DNA of 63,327 bases, filler included, from Ionaspis alba (lineage: Eukaryota): the NCBI GenBank assembly GCA_964255285.1. It is 16 parts of 16 records of this genome, joined end to end, with 100 filler letters (N's around TTAATTAATTAA, not from the genome) between each part and the next. Parts side by side here need not be neighbours in the genome. Positions count along the whole stretch, not along the records: positions 1 to 3,927 come from CAXUUL010001156.1; positions 4,028 to 7,948 come from CAXUUL010001157.1; positions 8,049 to 11,958 come from CAXUUL010001158.1; positions 12,059 to 15,961 come from CAXUUL010001159.1; 12 more parts are not named here. The stretch is one strand, 5' to 3'. Each line of letters opens with the position of its first letter. Position 1 is the stretch's first letter. Of the stretch, positions 1 to 12,765 are shown piece after piece. Position numbers and translations under genes: made by a program. The notes under the pieces are model-generated. The model searched no databases, was not told the DNA's origin, and worked only from the letters and a program-made list of their open reading frames with translations.

Positions 1-7
1 GGTCACC

Positions 8-959
8 ATGAAGATCGAAGGACGAACCTTTATTGTTTCTGGCGGGTGCGTATCTCTCTCCGACTCTTCCCACCATTTACTTCGCAAATGTGCTTCGTGC
101 AGTTTGTAATAAAAGTTATATCGACGTCTACAACGCGAGCTTTGTTAAGACTTCCTTGAATCTAAATTGTGTGACCATGGAGACCTCACGCTTACACTCT
201 CCCAGCGCCTCCGGCCTCGGCCGGGCAACCGTCGAGAACCTCGTCCAAGCCGGCGGGCACGTAGCTATCCTCGATATGAACGAGGAGCTAGGAACCTCTC
301 TAGTCACCTCGATCGGGGCTACCAAGACCCTCTTTGTAGCTACCGACGTTTCGAATACCGACAGCATTGCGAACGCCTTCAAGCAAACCATCTCCTGGAT
401 CCAGCAGACCGGCTACGAGCTTGGCGGCGTGGTCGCTGCAGCTGGTGTGGCTAACCCAGCTAAGATCCTGGATAAGAATGGTGATCCCTTCGATATGGCG
501 GGTTTTGACTTCGTTATGAATATCAATGTCCGCGGTTCCATCGACCTGGTCCGACAAGTTGTACCACATCTTGCGAAAGTCAAGCCTGAAGCACCGGATG
601 GAGAACGGGGCGTTGTCATCCTAGTCTCTTCGTCAGCCGCTTTTGATGGCCAGCCTGGACAGGTGGCTTATGCGGCGTCTAAGGGCGCAATAGCATCGCT
701 GACATTGCCGCTGACGAGGGATTTGGCGCGGTATGGGATCAGGGTAGTGACGATTGCGCCAAGCTTGTTTGAGTCGGCGATGACGGCTGTTATGAGCGAT
801 AAGGTGAGGAAGAGTCTGGAAAGGGTTATGGAGTTTCCGGTTAGACCGGGAAGGCCAGAGGAGTTTGCGAGGATGGTCAAAGATAGCGTGGAGAATGGAA
901 TGCTGAATGGGACGGTGATTAGGCTTGATGGCGGAATGAGGATGCCGAGTAAGATGTAA
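8..959 (+). CDS. 3-hydroxyacyl-CoA dehydrogenase type-2 (HSD17B10/Scully-like short-chain dehydrogenase); 2 exons
   Basis: ATG at 8 (MKIEGRTFIVSG); a GT..AG intron at 46-205 restores the GGASGLG Rossmann motif; GERGVVILVSSSAAFDGQPGQVAYAASKG (YxxxK); C-terminal LNGTVIRLDGGMRM. Confidence 0.9.
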
Positions 960-1199
960 TATCAAGAACCTGCTGGGCAGCTGTGCGAAATGTTCCTTCT
1001 GAATGATGGAGTGGAAAGCATTTCCTTGGTGTCAAGGCTGTGGACTACTATAGGCGGCTCTGTGTACACCTTTTCTCAGCTGAAAATTGGTCACAAGCAA
1101 ACAGTTGATCACTTTGATGCATGAGGCTTTACATCCGAAATGCTTTGAAAGAAAATCATATACAACAATCCCCCGATCCTTCTCCTAGACCAGTCCATT

Positions 1200-2085
1200 T
1201 CAAGCAGTCCAGATCTTCTTGATCGCTTCTGTGACCCCAACATCGTTTGTCTCAAACTCGTATAATCCCACACCCACAGACAGAGTTGCAAGCCGTAATC
1301 CCCACCAGAACAAGGTTCGGGTCCGTGGAAGGCGCTTTGTCGGTATATAATCGATTATGCATGACCTTGATCCCCTGTCAGACTCTGATTTCGGATTCTT
1401 CAAGACCACTCACTGAAAGCCAATATGTGAATGAATTAGGATAGTTGCACAAAGCGTAGCGTCCATGATTGGGTTTAAGGATCCAGCTGCGAAAGGAGCA
1501 ATTGTGAGGGGAATGAGAGCCGCAGATATCAACCTGGCAATCAAGCTTGTCAGCACCTAATTCGCCTTTGCCTCAGAGTACATATCAACCTTTCAAAAGT
1601 CCAATGGTAACTTCCGTGGGTTGGCGAAGGATCTAGACATTATGCTCATCAGCGTCTCAGTCTACAGCCAAAGAGTATGCGAATACATACCAGGAACGGG
1701 TGCTGCATCATTGGCTGAAGAGGGTTAATACAACGAGAAGCAAAGGAGACTTTGAGCCGTTAGCATACCTGTTCCGTCAATGCGCTCTATATACTGATCA
1801 GTACTGGCCTAAGGAGCGGGGTACGAGGACGGACTCACGAGGGAGAGGTGGGAGTAATGCTCTTCTCGACGAGGCATGAAAAGAAGCAACTTGAGGGAAG
1901 ACGGAGAGATGATCTTGAACGATTGAAGGCCGAGAAGCTGTGGTCTGCGATATAACCGAGCGGTTTCGGGACGTCTGAGAGAAGGGGGACATTGGTGCAG
2001 TAAAGGGTTTAGTTGCGAAGGTTCTGCCGATATTCGCAGATCTGCAAGCTTGCCGTAGCATTGAGGGTCTTAAGACAGCGGCCAT
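1200..2085 (-). CDS. sdh4: Succinate dehydrogenase cytochrome b small subunit (CybS); 6 exons including 18-nt and 24-nt micro-exons
   Basis: Arg/Ser-rich presequence MAAVLRPSMLRQACRS. The spliced product reads HGSYHWTFERLISAALIPL...HSHIGFQSCIIDY...GLYEFETNDVGVTEAIKKIWTA. Micro-exons at 1769-1786 and 1691-1714 are flanked by GT/AG. Confidence 0.92.
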
Positions 2086-2291
2086 GGTAGTGATGACCTC
2101 AGTCGCAGAGTGATGGGCTGTTGTGGTGCTCAAGAAACGGTAATGATGTTGTTCGGCGGAGAGGAGCTTAATTGGTCAACCGAGGAAGGACGGTGATTCG
2201 CTGAAGTGACAAGGCAAATCTCAGAACCAAGCTCATCGCGCTTTAGATTCAACTCTTTGTAAAATCACAACCTTCACTTCCCTGACTAGCC

Positions 2292-3927
2292 ATGGCTTCA
2301 AGGCGGCTGGCTCTCAACCTCAACCAGGCATTGCGGAGTCGGACGGCTTTGAGGTCTCTCCAAGGACCAAAGAGAAGCTTCGCGACTCCGGTCAGCCACG
2401 GAGCCACAACAGAGAGCACCACCTTGTCCAATGGCTTGACTGTGGGCCCTCTTACTTATGGTTCTGCTCGTTCAATACTGACGGTAAATCCAGATTGCGA
2501 CGGAGCATTCTCCGTGGGCACAGACATCGACCGTTGGTGTTTGGATTGACGCTGGAAGCCGGGCAGAAACAGACAAGACCAATGGCACAGCACATTTCCT
2601 TGAGCATCTCGCATTCAAGGTAGGATATAAAATGATAATGAGGCCAAAGCTCTTGCCTTACGGAGATTGTAGGGCACCAAGAACCGCAGCCAACATCAAT
2701 TGGAGCTTGAAATAGAGAACATGGGCGGGCACCTTAATGCCTACACTTCGGTTCGTCCTCTCCGAGTTCAGGACCTCCAATAGTATATTGACATTAATAG
2801 CGTGAGAACACTGTCTACTACGCAAAGTCCTTCAACTCCGATGTCCCTGCTGCTGTCAACATTCTCTCCGATATCCTTCAGAATTCTAAATTAGAACCCT
2901 CCGCGATCGAGCGCGAACGTGATGTCATTCTGAGAGAACAAGAGGAGGTAGATAAGCAGCTAGAAGAGGTTGTGTTTGATCATCTCCATGCGACTGCCTT
3001 CCAAGGACAACCACTTGGCCGTACTATTCTTGGACCGAAGGAGAACATCGCCAGTATACAGAGGGATGACCTTGTGGGCTACATCAAGCAAAATTACACT
3101 GCAGACCGAATGGTGCTGGTTGGCTCAGGAGGTGTGCCTCATCAACAACTAGTAGACCTTGCCGAGAAACACTTTTCAGATCTTCCCACAGAGCCACCAA
3201 GTTCATCCGCATCAGCGCTTGCTGCTGCTCAGAAGCAAAAGCCTGACTTCATCGGTTCGGAAGTGCGAGTTCGAGACGACACCATCCCAACAGCCAACAT
3301 TGCCATCGCCGTCGAGGGTGTGAGCTGGAAGGATGATGACTACTTCACGGCTCTTGTCACGCAAGCTATTGTCGGAAACTGGGATCGTGCCATGGGCAAC
3401 TCGCCATATCTTGGGAGCAAACTTAGCACGTTTATCTTCGAGAACAAGCTTGCAAACAGTTTTATGAGCTTCTCCACTAGCTACAGTGATACTGGGTAAG
3501 TCGTTGCTTACAAAATGCTATCTCAGGTACAAGTAGCTAATACGGTCAATAGGCTATGGGGTATCTATCTTGTGACCGAGAACAAGACCCAGATTGATGA
3601 TTTGGTCCATTTCACGCTCCGCGAATGGTCCAGACTATCATACAACGTGACCGAGGCAGAAACCGAGCGTGCCAAGTCCCAACTCAAAGCCTCCATCCTC
3701 CTCTCCTTAGATGGAACCACTGCCGTTGCTGAGGATATTGGCAGACAGATAGTAACCACTGGCCGTCGCCTAAGTCCTGATGAAGTGGAGAGAGTAATTG
3801 GGCAAATATCAGAAAAGGACGTCATGGACTTTGCGAGAAGGAAATTGTGGGATCAGGATGTGGCTGTCAGTGCTGTGGGCTCGATTGAGGGTCTGTTGGA
3901 CTACAACAGAATCAGGAACGACATGAG
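2292..3927 (+). CDS. mas1: Mitochondrial processing peptidase beta subunit (M16 family); 5 exons, last few codons cut by the contig end
   Basis: [35 protein letters not shown] (HxxEH zinc motif), [36 protein letters not shown]; canonical introns. Confidence 0.95.
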
Positions 3928-4027
3928 NNNNNNNNNNNNNNNNNNNNNNNNNNNNNNNNNNNNNNNNNNNNTTAATTAATTAANNNNNNNNNNNNNNNNN
4001 NNNNNNNNNNNNNNNNNNNNNNNNNNN
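3928..4027. other. Artificial contig linker N44-TTAATTAATTAA-N44 (first of 15)
   Basis: Identical 100-bp spacer at 3928, 7949, 11959, 15962, 19954, 23938, 27919, 31895, 35869, 39842, 43804, 47753, 51686, 55605 and 59475. The core has stops in all six frames, and contig lengths decrease monotonically. Confidence 0.98.
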
Positions 4028-5986
4028 GTAGTCTCTAGGTACCTCACCTTCTCCGCCTCGGACATAGCCCGCCATATCTTCTCTCTCTGCGCATTCCGCC
4101 AGGCGTAGTAAAATTTGGACGAGATGATCAGGATGATATTGTATGCAACCAGGCCTAGGAGTACAACATTTCCGGTGCGGTACAACGGCTTGTCATTGTC
4201 TCGATACACCTGAGTCCAAACTTTACTTAGTTCGATGTTCATAATACTACAATAGAGCGGCCATGAAGGGTAGTCAACTCACATTGGATGCAATGATATT
4301 CGAAGCCTGGACACACATATTATACAGTGCAGAACCAACGGTACGAGTGCGAACAGAGCCTGCGTTGCGACTCGTCATAGCCACTGGTTGAATCAGTTGG
4401 GATCGTCGCTTCAAGGGCGGTTGACCGAGCTTACCGATGATGGCATGGACGTATGGAAATCCCGCGAGCATCATGTTGAGCACATATCTGCTCCAAATGT
4501 ACGCCTGTCCAGCAGGCAAGGTCTCCAACGCAACTAGAAGTGGAAACATATATATTTGACAGATAAGGATAATCAAAAAACGATTGTTAATCTTCTCGGA
4601 GACCCATGTCCAAAATACCAACTGCAGAATGAAAAGCGTATAGGCTGGCACAGTGAGCAAGTTCGTTTGGAAAGCATCAAAGTTCAAAGACTTGAGAACC
4701 AAGGTCAGGTATGCCGTTGCACACTCTCTCGGAATGGTCCACGTGAAACCAATGAGGTAGATGGGCCACATATCGTAGTCTTTCAGAGCTTCCCAGAGAA
4801 GTCTCGGTGTTACGGCTTGTCTGAGCATGGTCAAACACTATCCTCTCTGTGAACAATACAGAGCTCTTGACCTACCTGTTGTGCATATCACCTTTTGACG
4901 GATCATCTCTTAGGATTCTATTGGCCATAATAATCTAGATCACGTAAGACACAAGTCAACGAGCCAGTGAGAAAGCACTTACCTCTTCTCTTTCCGTAAA
5001 CCAGCCCTGTTTTCCTCGAAGGAAGCCCGCTGTCTGGTATGGCGAAGGAGGCAGGTAAAACCTTTGCACTTCCATTAGCTCGTTTAATCGCTAACGACTT
5101 CCTCATACCATGAGACGATGCCAATCAGACCTGTCAACGCTCCTTCAAGCGCAAACAGCCACTGCCATCCAGCCATGCCGTGGTGGCCCCGAAGATGGAG
5201 AATGCCATATGCAAGAAACGCGGAAATGATGTATGTGAAGGCATAAGCTCCCCAGAAGAAACTCAGTCGAATAGGAAGCTCCTTGCTCTTATAGAAGTAG
5301 CTCAGATATAGGATGACGTCGGGAATGAAGCCGCCTTCAATGATGCCCAGCAGAGATCTAGTGAGGAAGAACGTTGCTCGGCCCGTCAATCGCGCCTGAC
5401 AACTGGCGACAATGCTCCAGGATATCATTTGGATCGGTATCCAGTTGTCGGGTCCCAGCTTCTTGCTGATGAGCTGGGATGGAAGCTCGGCGCTGAGGAA
5501 CGATACGTAGAAAATCGTTTGCCCAGTATTGTAGTCATTCGTGTTGAGGCCCATGTTATCTAACATGTTATCCGACAAGGCTTGGGATATGTTGCCCCGG
5601 TCCAGCTGTAGCGCAAAGAACATAAGACAGCAATAAGCACAGACACGAAGGTCAAGCTTTCTTATCAAGGACCTTTCCTCGCCCTTAGACCATGTTGCCT
5701 TTGGATCGTACCTGTGTCTGCCTTCATAGCTGTCAATGGGTATATAGTACTTTTCCAAGCTGAGCTCGTCCAGCTCAGGGACAGCATCTGCTTTCAGACC
5801 TCCCACGATAACTTCCTCCTCACTTGACTCCGCGTAAGCCAATTGGGGCCTGGCAGAGGATGAGGTCTCATCTGCGGGGCGTGATCTCAACCAAGAAAAG
5901 AATCCGGAGAATTTAGACCTTGCTGACGCTGGTTCTGTCGAATCACTGCTGCTGGCTTGCAGTACAGACTCTCCTTTGGTAGCCAT
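4028..5986 (-). CDS. MFS transporter, allantoate-permease (ACS) family, Soa1/AstA-like sulfonate/sulfate transporter; multi-exon, 3' truncated
   Basis: MFFALQLDRGNISQALSDNM, AELPSQLISKKLGP, EGGFIPDVILYLSYFY, GWQWLFALEG, SRNAGSVRTRTVGSALYNM, YRDNDKPLYRTGN; GT-AG introns join the ORF pieces in frame. Confidence 0.88.
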
Positions 5987-6279
5987 TGGATTGTGTAGTA
6001 TCATGCAAGGACGCCTTGAAATCATTCGGCGCGGAAAGGGATCTTTATTCTTGCTTGACTTGTTGCGACCTTCCCAAGCAAGATGCAATGTCACCACAAT
6101 ATTGCATCAGCCCGCCTCGGAGACTGCTCCGTACTCCATACATAGGAGACGGCACCTTACTCCAGCGATTGACAACACCGTGCGCTATCTACATGATAAA
6201 AAAACTCCCGCTGCTCTACCGTCTACCAACCGCTACAAGCGAGTAGTGGTATCAAAATCTTGTGTCACTGGGGCCGACG

Positions 6280-6555
6280 ATGTCGCCATGGACGCGATAA
6301 TGTCGATTGCACGTAAAAGCGCTTGCAGGCCAGTTTTATGATGGATGCGCAGTGTTCCAGGCCAACCGAACCGTGATCGACTTTCGGGATCACACAACAA
6401 CAAACGCCCCGCAATTGCGTGATAGCAAGGAAGTCACTGATGCAGCACCACAACATAGGGAGAACCACAGCGTGAACCAATGATGTGTATGAGAACAAGG
6501 ACGTCTTATCTTTGGAAGACCGAGATCGTGTAGAAACTTCGCATCATGACACAAT
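6280..6555. promoter_or_regulatory. Candidate CYS-3/MetR-type sulfur-regulon bZIP sites in the divergent promoter
   Basis: ATGTCGCCAT (6280-6289) and ATGACACAAT (6546-6555) each match the CYS-3 consensus ATGRYRYCAT at 9/10 positions and lie between two sulfur-scavenging genes. Confidence 0.4.
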
Positions 6556-6664
6556 CTCATAACACCAGAGCAAGCTGCCTTCCATCCACAGAGCGCATAT
6601 AAATATCAGATATCAAAAACTAACATCCACCTCGCGCGCAATTTTGGCAACTTGGCAACTCGAA

Positions 6665-7948
6665 ATGGCACCTTCGGCAACCTCAGATACTTCTTGGCTG
6701 CCAGCACCTGCAGCTGCAGCAATAAAGAAGACCACAGGAAATTATAAGGAGCAATCCGGAGGACCACAGTCCTACAACAAGAAATTGGAAGTAGAGGGAG
6801 ATACTGATCACTCCAAGGCCAAGGTAAGCTGCTTCTCATCCTTCAACGATCAGTGGCATGACGAAACCTCCGTAGTACCTTCATTATCTACCAACATGGA
6901 ACCCAGACAAAAAGTATCCTCCGCTAGGGCCTTTTGTGCACACAGAGCACGGAGCTGATGCCGATGAGACGTTTCCTGAATTGCTTGGTCCTTCCGTGAA
7001 GAGAGAGGATCTTACGCCGACAATTGGTACCAACCTTTCTGGTGTCCAGATCAGCAAGTTGTCGAAAGCCGGCAAAGACCAGCTAGCTCTTTTGGCAGCT
7101 CAACGCAAGGTTCTCGTATTCCGAGACCAGGATTTTGCCGACCTGCCCATCGGAGACGCATTGAAATTTGGAGAATACTTCGGACGTCTCCATATTCATC
7201 CAACAAGCGGTGCACCTGAAGGGTATCCGGAAGTCCACCTTGTCCATCGCGGAGCAGGTGATCGACCTGGTGAAGAGCTTCTTCAGACACGCACATCGAC
7301 CGTGGCATGGCACAGCGACGTGACCTATGAGAAGCAGCCGCCTGGAACTACCTTTCTCTACATCCTCGATACGCCTGGTACCGGAGGCGACACGCTGTTT
7401 GTGAATATGGTCGAGGCGTACCGTAGGCTCAGCCCTGGTTTCCGTGAAAGACTGCATGGGCTTCAAGCAGTGCATTCTGGTATTGAGCAGGCGGAGACTG
7501 CGAGATCAAGGCAATCTACTGTGCGACGAGAACCAGTGACAAGCGTACATCCGCTTGTAAGAACTCATCCGGCGACTGGTGAGAAGGCGCTATTTGTTAA
7601 TCCGCAATGTGAGTATACTGTATCCTAGTGCCAAAGAACGTCGATTGTGACTGCCGAACGTTAGTCACTCGCTACATCGTCGGATATAAGCAAGAAGAGA
7701 GTGATGCCTTATTAAAGTTTCTCTATGATCACATCGCTTTCGGCGTAGACTTTCAAACAAGGGTCAAGTGGGCCGAGGGAACAGTCGTCTGGGATGTAAG
7801 TCAGTGCGGATCCTCTGCGAGCACATCACTGATATCCGCAGAACCGCGTGGCCGGCCATTCAGCTACTTTGGACTGGTTCACAGGTCAGCGTCGACACCT
7901 TGCTCGGATCACACCGCAAGCAGAGCAGCCATATGAGACGCCCTTTGA
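6665..7948 (+). CDS. TauD/TfdA-family alpha-ketoglutarate-dependent sulfonate (taurine) dioxygenase, Jlp1-like; 4 exons, truncated near the C-terminus
   Basis: LTPTIGT, QRKVLVFRDQDF, WHSDVTYE (HxD), GGDTLF, HPLVRTHPATGEKALFVNP, WD|NRVAGH (third iron ligand); introns at 6824-6875, ~7609-7664 and 7796-7841. Confidence 0.93.
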
Positions 7949-8368
7949 NNNNNNNNNNNNNNNNNNNNNNNNNNNNNNNNNNNNNNNNNNNNTTAATTAA
8001 TTAANNNNNNNNNNNNNNNNNNNNNNNNNNNNNNNNNNNNNNNNNNNNGAACAACGTGTTATGTATGCCATATCAAAAGCGATCGAAGGAATAAGCTGTG
8101 GGCGAGCTCTCCAACGGTATCCATCGTCCTTTCGTGACAATTGCCTCTCGTGGATAATTTGGGTCCTTCGCCCGCAGTAGAAACCCGATGGACTTGTTGG
8201 TTCTAAGCATGACGGCGTATATCCTAGCACAGACTGGCTTATAATGGCTTAGTGTGGTTGTCCCTCCATTTGTTTACTTGGAATTTTCAACCACAAATGA
8301 TTTTAGCGGCCTCGGTCGAAGACAACACTTTTTCTAATCCATCTGCTTTTGCTTTGAAGTCAGCAAAC

Positions 8369-9814
8369 ATGGCTGCACGATCAGGCGACACACCTATGGA
8401 CTTCGAATATGCCCAAAAAGGTGGACAGGTAGATCCGAACTCGGCTTGGATCAAGAACACTGGTACCAGAATGAATAGCTTCAAGAGCCAAAACCGTAGG
8501 ATCAACACCACAACTTGACTATGGTCTACTGATGTCGACCTGACTGTATCTGCTAGATTCCTCCTCGACTTTCAATTTTCAACCACAACCTCCAAGTCCC
8601 TCGCGCAGCACCTCCCAACCCTCCTCCCTCCAATTCCCACAAACCCCAACTTCCAAGCCAACCTCACTCCCCCCGCATGCCTTCGCCGGAGTCCGCGACA
8701 CTCCCTCCTTTGACTACTCCTCCGGCGCTGAGAACCCTTCATCGCCCGAAAATGCCGACACAGAAGATACTCCCGAACCCCTCTCCCGGCCCCTCCTCTC
8801 GGACAACGTCACGCTGAATCGCGGCCACCGCTCCCCTACGAAAGTGCCCACCTCTCAAGACTTCAACTTCAAAGCAGCCTTTACGCCTGGTCGTGGCGAA
8901 ATCCCACGACGACACTACACTGATGCTCTCGTCCGACGGGTGCACAAACGCAAGCGGCGCGAGCTCGACCGAGACAACCGTATCGGTCACCGCCGCCCGA
9001 GCTACGACTCAGACTCGGATTCGCACTCTCGGCCCACGAGCAGCGATGGTCAGAACCAGAACCCGCCGCAGATCGGCTTCATACCATCCATCTTCAGCTT
9101 CATCGACAGCCACCCCATGCTCCCGCACACGCTCTCGCTCTACACACAATTCCTGCTCAACATATTCGCGGTGCTCTTCATCATGTACATCGGATGGTCC
9201 TTCTGGGCGACGATCCGGTCCGACGTAGACAAGAAGTCCGAAGAAGCGGCCGCCGAGACGCTCGCCGAAATGGCGGTTTGCGCCAGGGAGTATGTGGCGA
9301 ATCGGTGTGAGCGGGATCTGAGAGTGCCGGCCATGGAGGCGGTGTGCAACAATTGGGAGAAGTGCATGAATCGCGATCCGGGGAGTGTGGGGCGCGCGAG
9401 AGTGAGCGCGCATACGTTTGCGGAGATTGTGAATAGTTTTATCGAACCGATTTCGATTAAGGCGATGGTGAGTCCTCTCCCTACCTGCTCTTCCCTATCG
9501 TTTGACGTGTACGGGATTTTGATGTTGATGTGGTTACTGGGCAGGCTTTTTGCCTTATTCTCGTTTTCGGCTGCGTGTTCGTCTCGAATATCGCTTTTGG
9601 GTTCTTCAGACACAAGGCCTACGCAAACCCTGCTCCACCTGCTCCTTATCCGTCTGCTCCAGTGCAGCATCCGATGCAGCAGCACCAGATGGGATTCCAA
9701 AATGGGCAGCAGTACTTTACGCCGTATCAGCATAGGATTGGGGAGCCTGGGATGGGGTTTGGGATGGAGCAGTCGGGGAGGTCGAGTCCGACTAAAAGGC
9801 TTGGGTATCGTTGA
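8369..9814 (+). CDS. Nuclear envelope protein Brl1/Brr6 family; 3 exons
   Basis: Two hydrophobic segments flank a four-cysteine luminal loop (CAREYVANRC...PAMEAVCNNWEKCMNRDP) followed by SAHTFAEIVNSFIEPIS; N-terminal TPMDFEY. Confidence 0.88.
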
Positions 9815-10271
9815 CTGGCTTTGGGAGTTGGATATGTTATATAGCTAGGTTTCTGGAATGGTCAAAGGTGGTGTTGTCAGCTGGAATTGTGTACAAAGTC
9901 GGAGCATGAAATGGATCAATGGTTCATTGGGGTTTATGTCACTATGAATCCAATCATGGAATTTTCGAGTACGTCCTTCATAGGAAATATATGACCTTCA
10001 CAAATGAGCGCTTTCTGTCACGGTACCAATCAACAGCGGATTGAGTGAACTTGGAGCTGTCACGAAAGCTCAGGCTGTGATTTGCTCTGGTCTTCTCGAT
10101 ACACACATCGCTTGACTAGGGTAGCCGTTCATGCGGTAACGCTCTGTCGTTCCATCGATATGCATCCGATATTCCTCCAGTAAGCGTGACACATGCCCCA
10201 TCCACACCACTAATGACACCTCCTTTTCTTCCGCACCTTTCCGATCACGATCTTAACACGGTTTAAAACTG

Positions 10272-11237
10272 ATGCCTGTCCGACTCATCACCCGCAGTTT
10301 CCCTGCTATCAGATATCATCCTCACAAGTCTCAATGTAAAATGGCTCCCACATACGGGCATCCATTGCCAGTATACACCATCTCGCCACCTTCTCCAGAT
10401 CTATCATCTGCTGTGCCACCATTGCTGACCGCAAATGGTGGACAGTGGACATTGAGTCCTGATGGGAAGGCATTGGAACGGGTGTTTGTTTTTACGAAGT
10501 TTAAAGAGGCGTGGGTGAGTAGTTTCCTCCAGCCTTCAATCTAGGTATCTATAGTGTCTTCTCTTTTCTATAAATTTTGATCACATGCCGAAACGAGTTG
10601 GTGTCCTCTGTTGACTGTCTACTGTGATTCATGAATGATGAAGATACTGTAATGTACGCGTGCCACCTTCTGATTGGAAGGCGATTGAGATGAGAATGAT
10701 TACTCTCTTTCAGATTTCGGGGAGAGAAGATGTATAGATGACGATCGGAGGTGTAAAGGTGATGGGAGAATGGATGTGAAAAGGCTGATGGCGACTAGGC
10801 CTTCATGGAAAGAGTAGCCGGTCATGCCGGCAAAGCGAGACATCACCCTGAGTGGGCGAACGTAAGTGCAGCCTGCTTCGGCCACATCTATCTTCTGCTT
10901 CGACTCGTACGGTTTCTCCTACCCATATTCACTTCTGGAACACGAAACCTGTCGGCCTTTTCTGCCCGTTCTTCCTTCATCTAATGAAAAGTGGAATCTT
11001 TTTGGGTCTAAGAAATATTAGATCTACAATCGTGTGTTCATCCGCTTGACAACGCATAAAGATCGGAGGAGCGGGAAGGGTGGGTTATCGGAGCTGGATG
11101 TCGATATGGCTGCCTGTTGTGATCGGGAAGGGAGGGAGGTTGGGGGCTTCAGAGATGCTGGAGATGGGGAGCGGAATGAGTTTGCGGAAAAGGGTAAGGG
11201 ACTAGTTGGCAAGGTGATGGACGGTGAGGCAGGATGA
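10272..11237 (+). CDS. Pterin-4-alpha-carbinolamine dehydratase; 3 exons (alternative start at 10341)
   Basis: WTLSPDGKALERVFVFTKFKEAW | AFMERVAGHAGKARHHPEWAN | IYNRVFIRLTTH...GLSELDVDMA; HHP and TTH signature motifs. Confidence 0.82.
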
Positions 11238-11626
11238 GGATTGAACGTGGGTAATCAGGAAGGAGTGCTAAAGCATCTGTAGTATATGTTTGGAGAGGGA
11301 GACTGTCGATACAAAATTGGAGAGGTAGTTGAAAACGGCTGATCAGCTTGTCAGGAATGGCACAACACTACTGCTCTAGGAAGCATTTGGTTGTTGTATA
11401 CGTTTCTGGGGAAAGAATGTATATGTACAATCATTGTCGGTTCTTCGATGCCGCTAGGACTCTAAAAATTATCTTTCAAGCACCAGGATGAAGTCCCTTG
11501 ATAGGTGCCGCACAAATGCCACAGAATCAACGCCACCCCATGTCTAGTCTATCCACGCGCTGAAACGGACTTCTCAATCAGTCAAACCTCTTAATTCTTG
11601 CTATCATTTTCGTTTCATCTGTCATT

Positions 11627-11958
11627 TCACTGGATCTTCTTGCCCATCTTGGCCATGCGACGTTCTCTCCTCTTCTTAGCAGCCACGGGACCTGACTCCG
11701 TATCCATAATGTAATCCCACCATCTGAAACTACTTGAGTAATTGCCAATGAATTTCTCGTGATGGACATCGTGGAAATCGGCTCCGCCCCAGAGAGGGAA
11801 GATATTGTGTAAGCTCCATGGGAAATCGTAGCCACTGTGAGCATCGATAGCCTGGAACAAACGGAGAGTGATCCATATGTACATGGTGAGGATGTGAAGG
11901 TCGCCGGTAATGGCGCACCAGAGGATTGGCGAACCAACGGTTGGTACTCCTAGCAACA
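11627..11958 (-). CDS. erg25: C-4 methylsterol oxidase, 3' fragment
   Basis: [19 protein letters not shown]...[24 protein letters not shown], the third histidine box of the sterol desaturase family. Confidence 0.92.
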
Positions 11959-12765
11959 NNNNNNNNNNNNNNNNNNNNNNNNNNNNNNNNNNNNNNNNNN
12001 NNTTAATTAATTAANNNNNNNNNNNNNNNNNNNNNNNNNNNNNNNNNNNNNNNNNNNNGGTGTGGTTGATGAATTTAGGTCTGCAGCCTAATGGTAAAAT
12101 GGATTATGATCACATTACGAAGTCTGCGCTGCTTCTGTGAAGTCGACCGTGTCTTTGAAAAGTAAAGTCGCTACATTACCCATAGTGGGCAGTGAGATTG
12201 TATTATGGATGCATCAAGGTTTGTAGCATCTGCGTCTGGTACATCGAGCTGCAGAGAGCTTCCGAAGGATGTCACGCTGTGGAACAGAACTTTAGCCAGA
12301 ACGCTCTACATGTAAACGTGTCACACTCAGCTTGTTCCAAGATGGTACAGTCTGCTTACACAGATGCCTTCGCTATGATCGTCGTGGAAGACAGCTTACT
12401 CAGGGAAATTTGAGGCAGATGTAAACGCTTTCTCTCATATCCGGCTGACATGGAGCCTCCCGAACAGAACATTGCATCAGGGTCAACAGAGCATGGACGT
12501 TTTCCCCGGACTTTGTCATATCCAAACAGAGGCTGTAGCTCAGGGAGCAGCAAGGTGACATGTGCTGTAGATAATTGGTGCAGCGGGACGGTCGACAAGG
12601 GTGATTGATCAATGGTGCGGGTCACCCGACGTGGCTGAGTACAACCCTCCGCCTGTCATCCACCGTTCCAGTTGTGTGTGAGAGGCTCCAGAGCAATCCG
12701 ACGTAGCAGCTACGGAATCACATCTCTGAACCTTTGCTCCCGCCCGCCAATAGTCTAATTCAACT

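Noticed and set aside
10515..10798. Box C/D snoRNA in the long first intron of the dehydratase gene (ATGATGA ~10636, CTGA ~10670 and ~10785)
   Set aside because: No terminal stem or convincing rRNA-complementary guide, and the last CTGA doubles as the branch site. It would need snoscan to revive.
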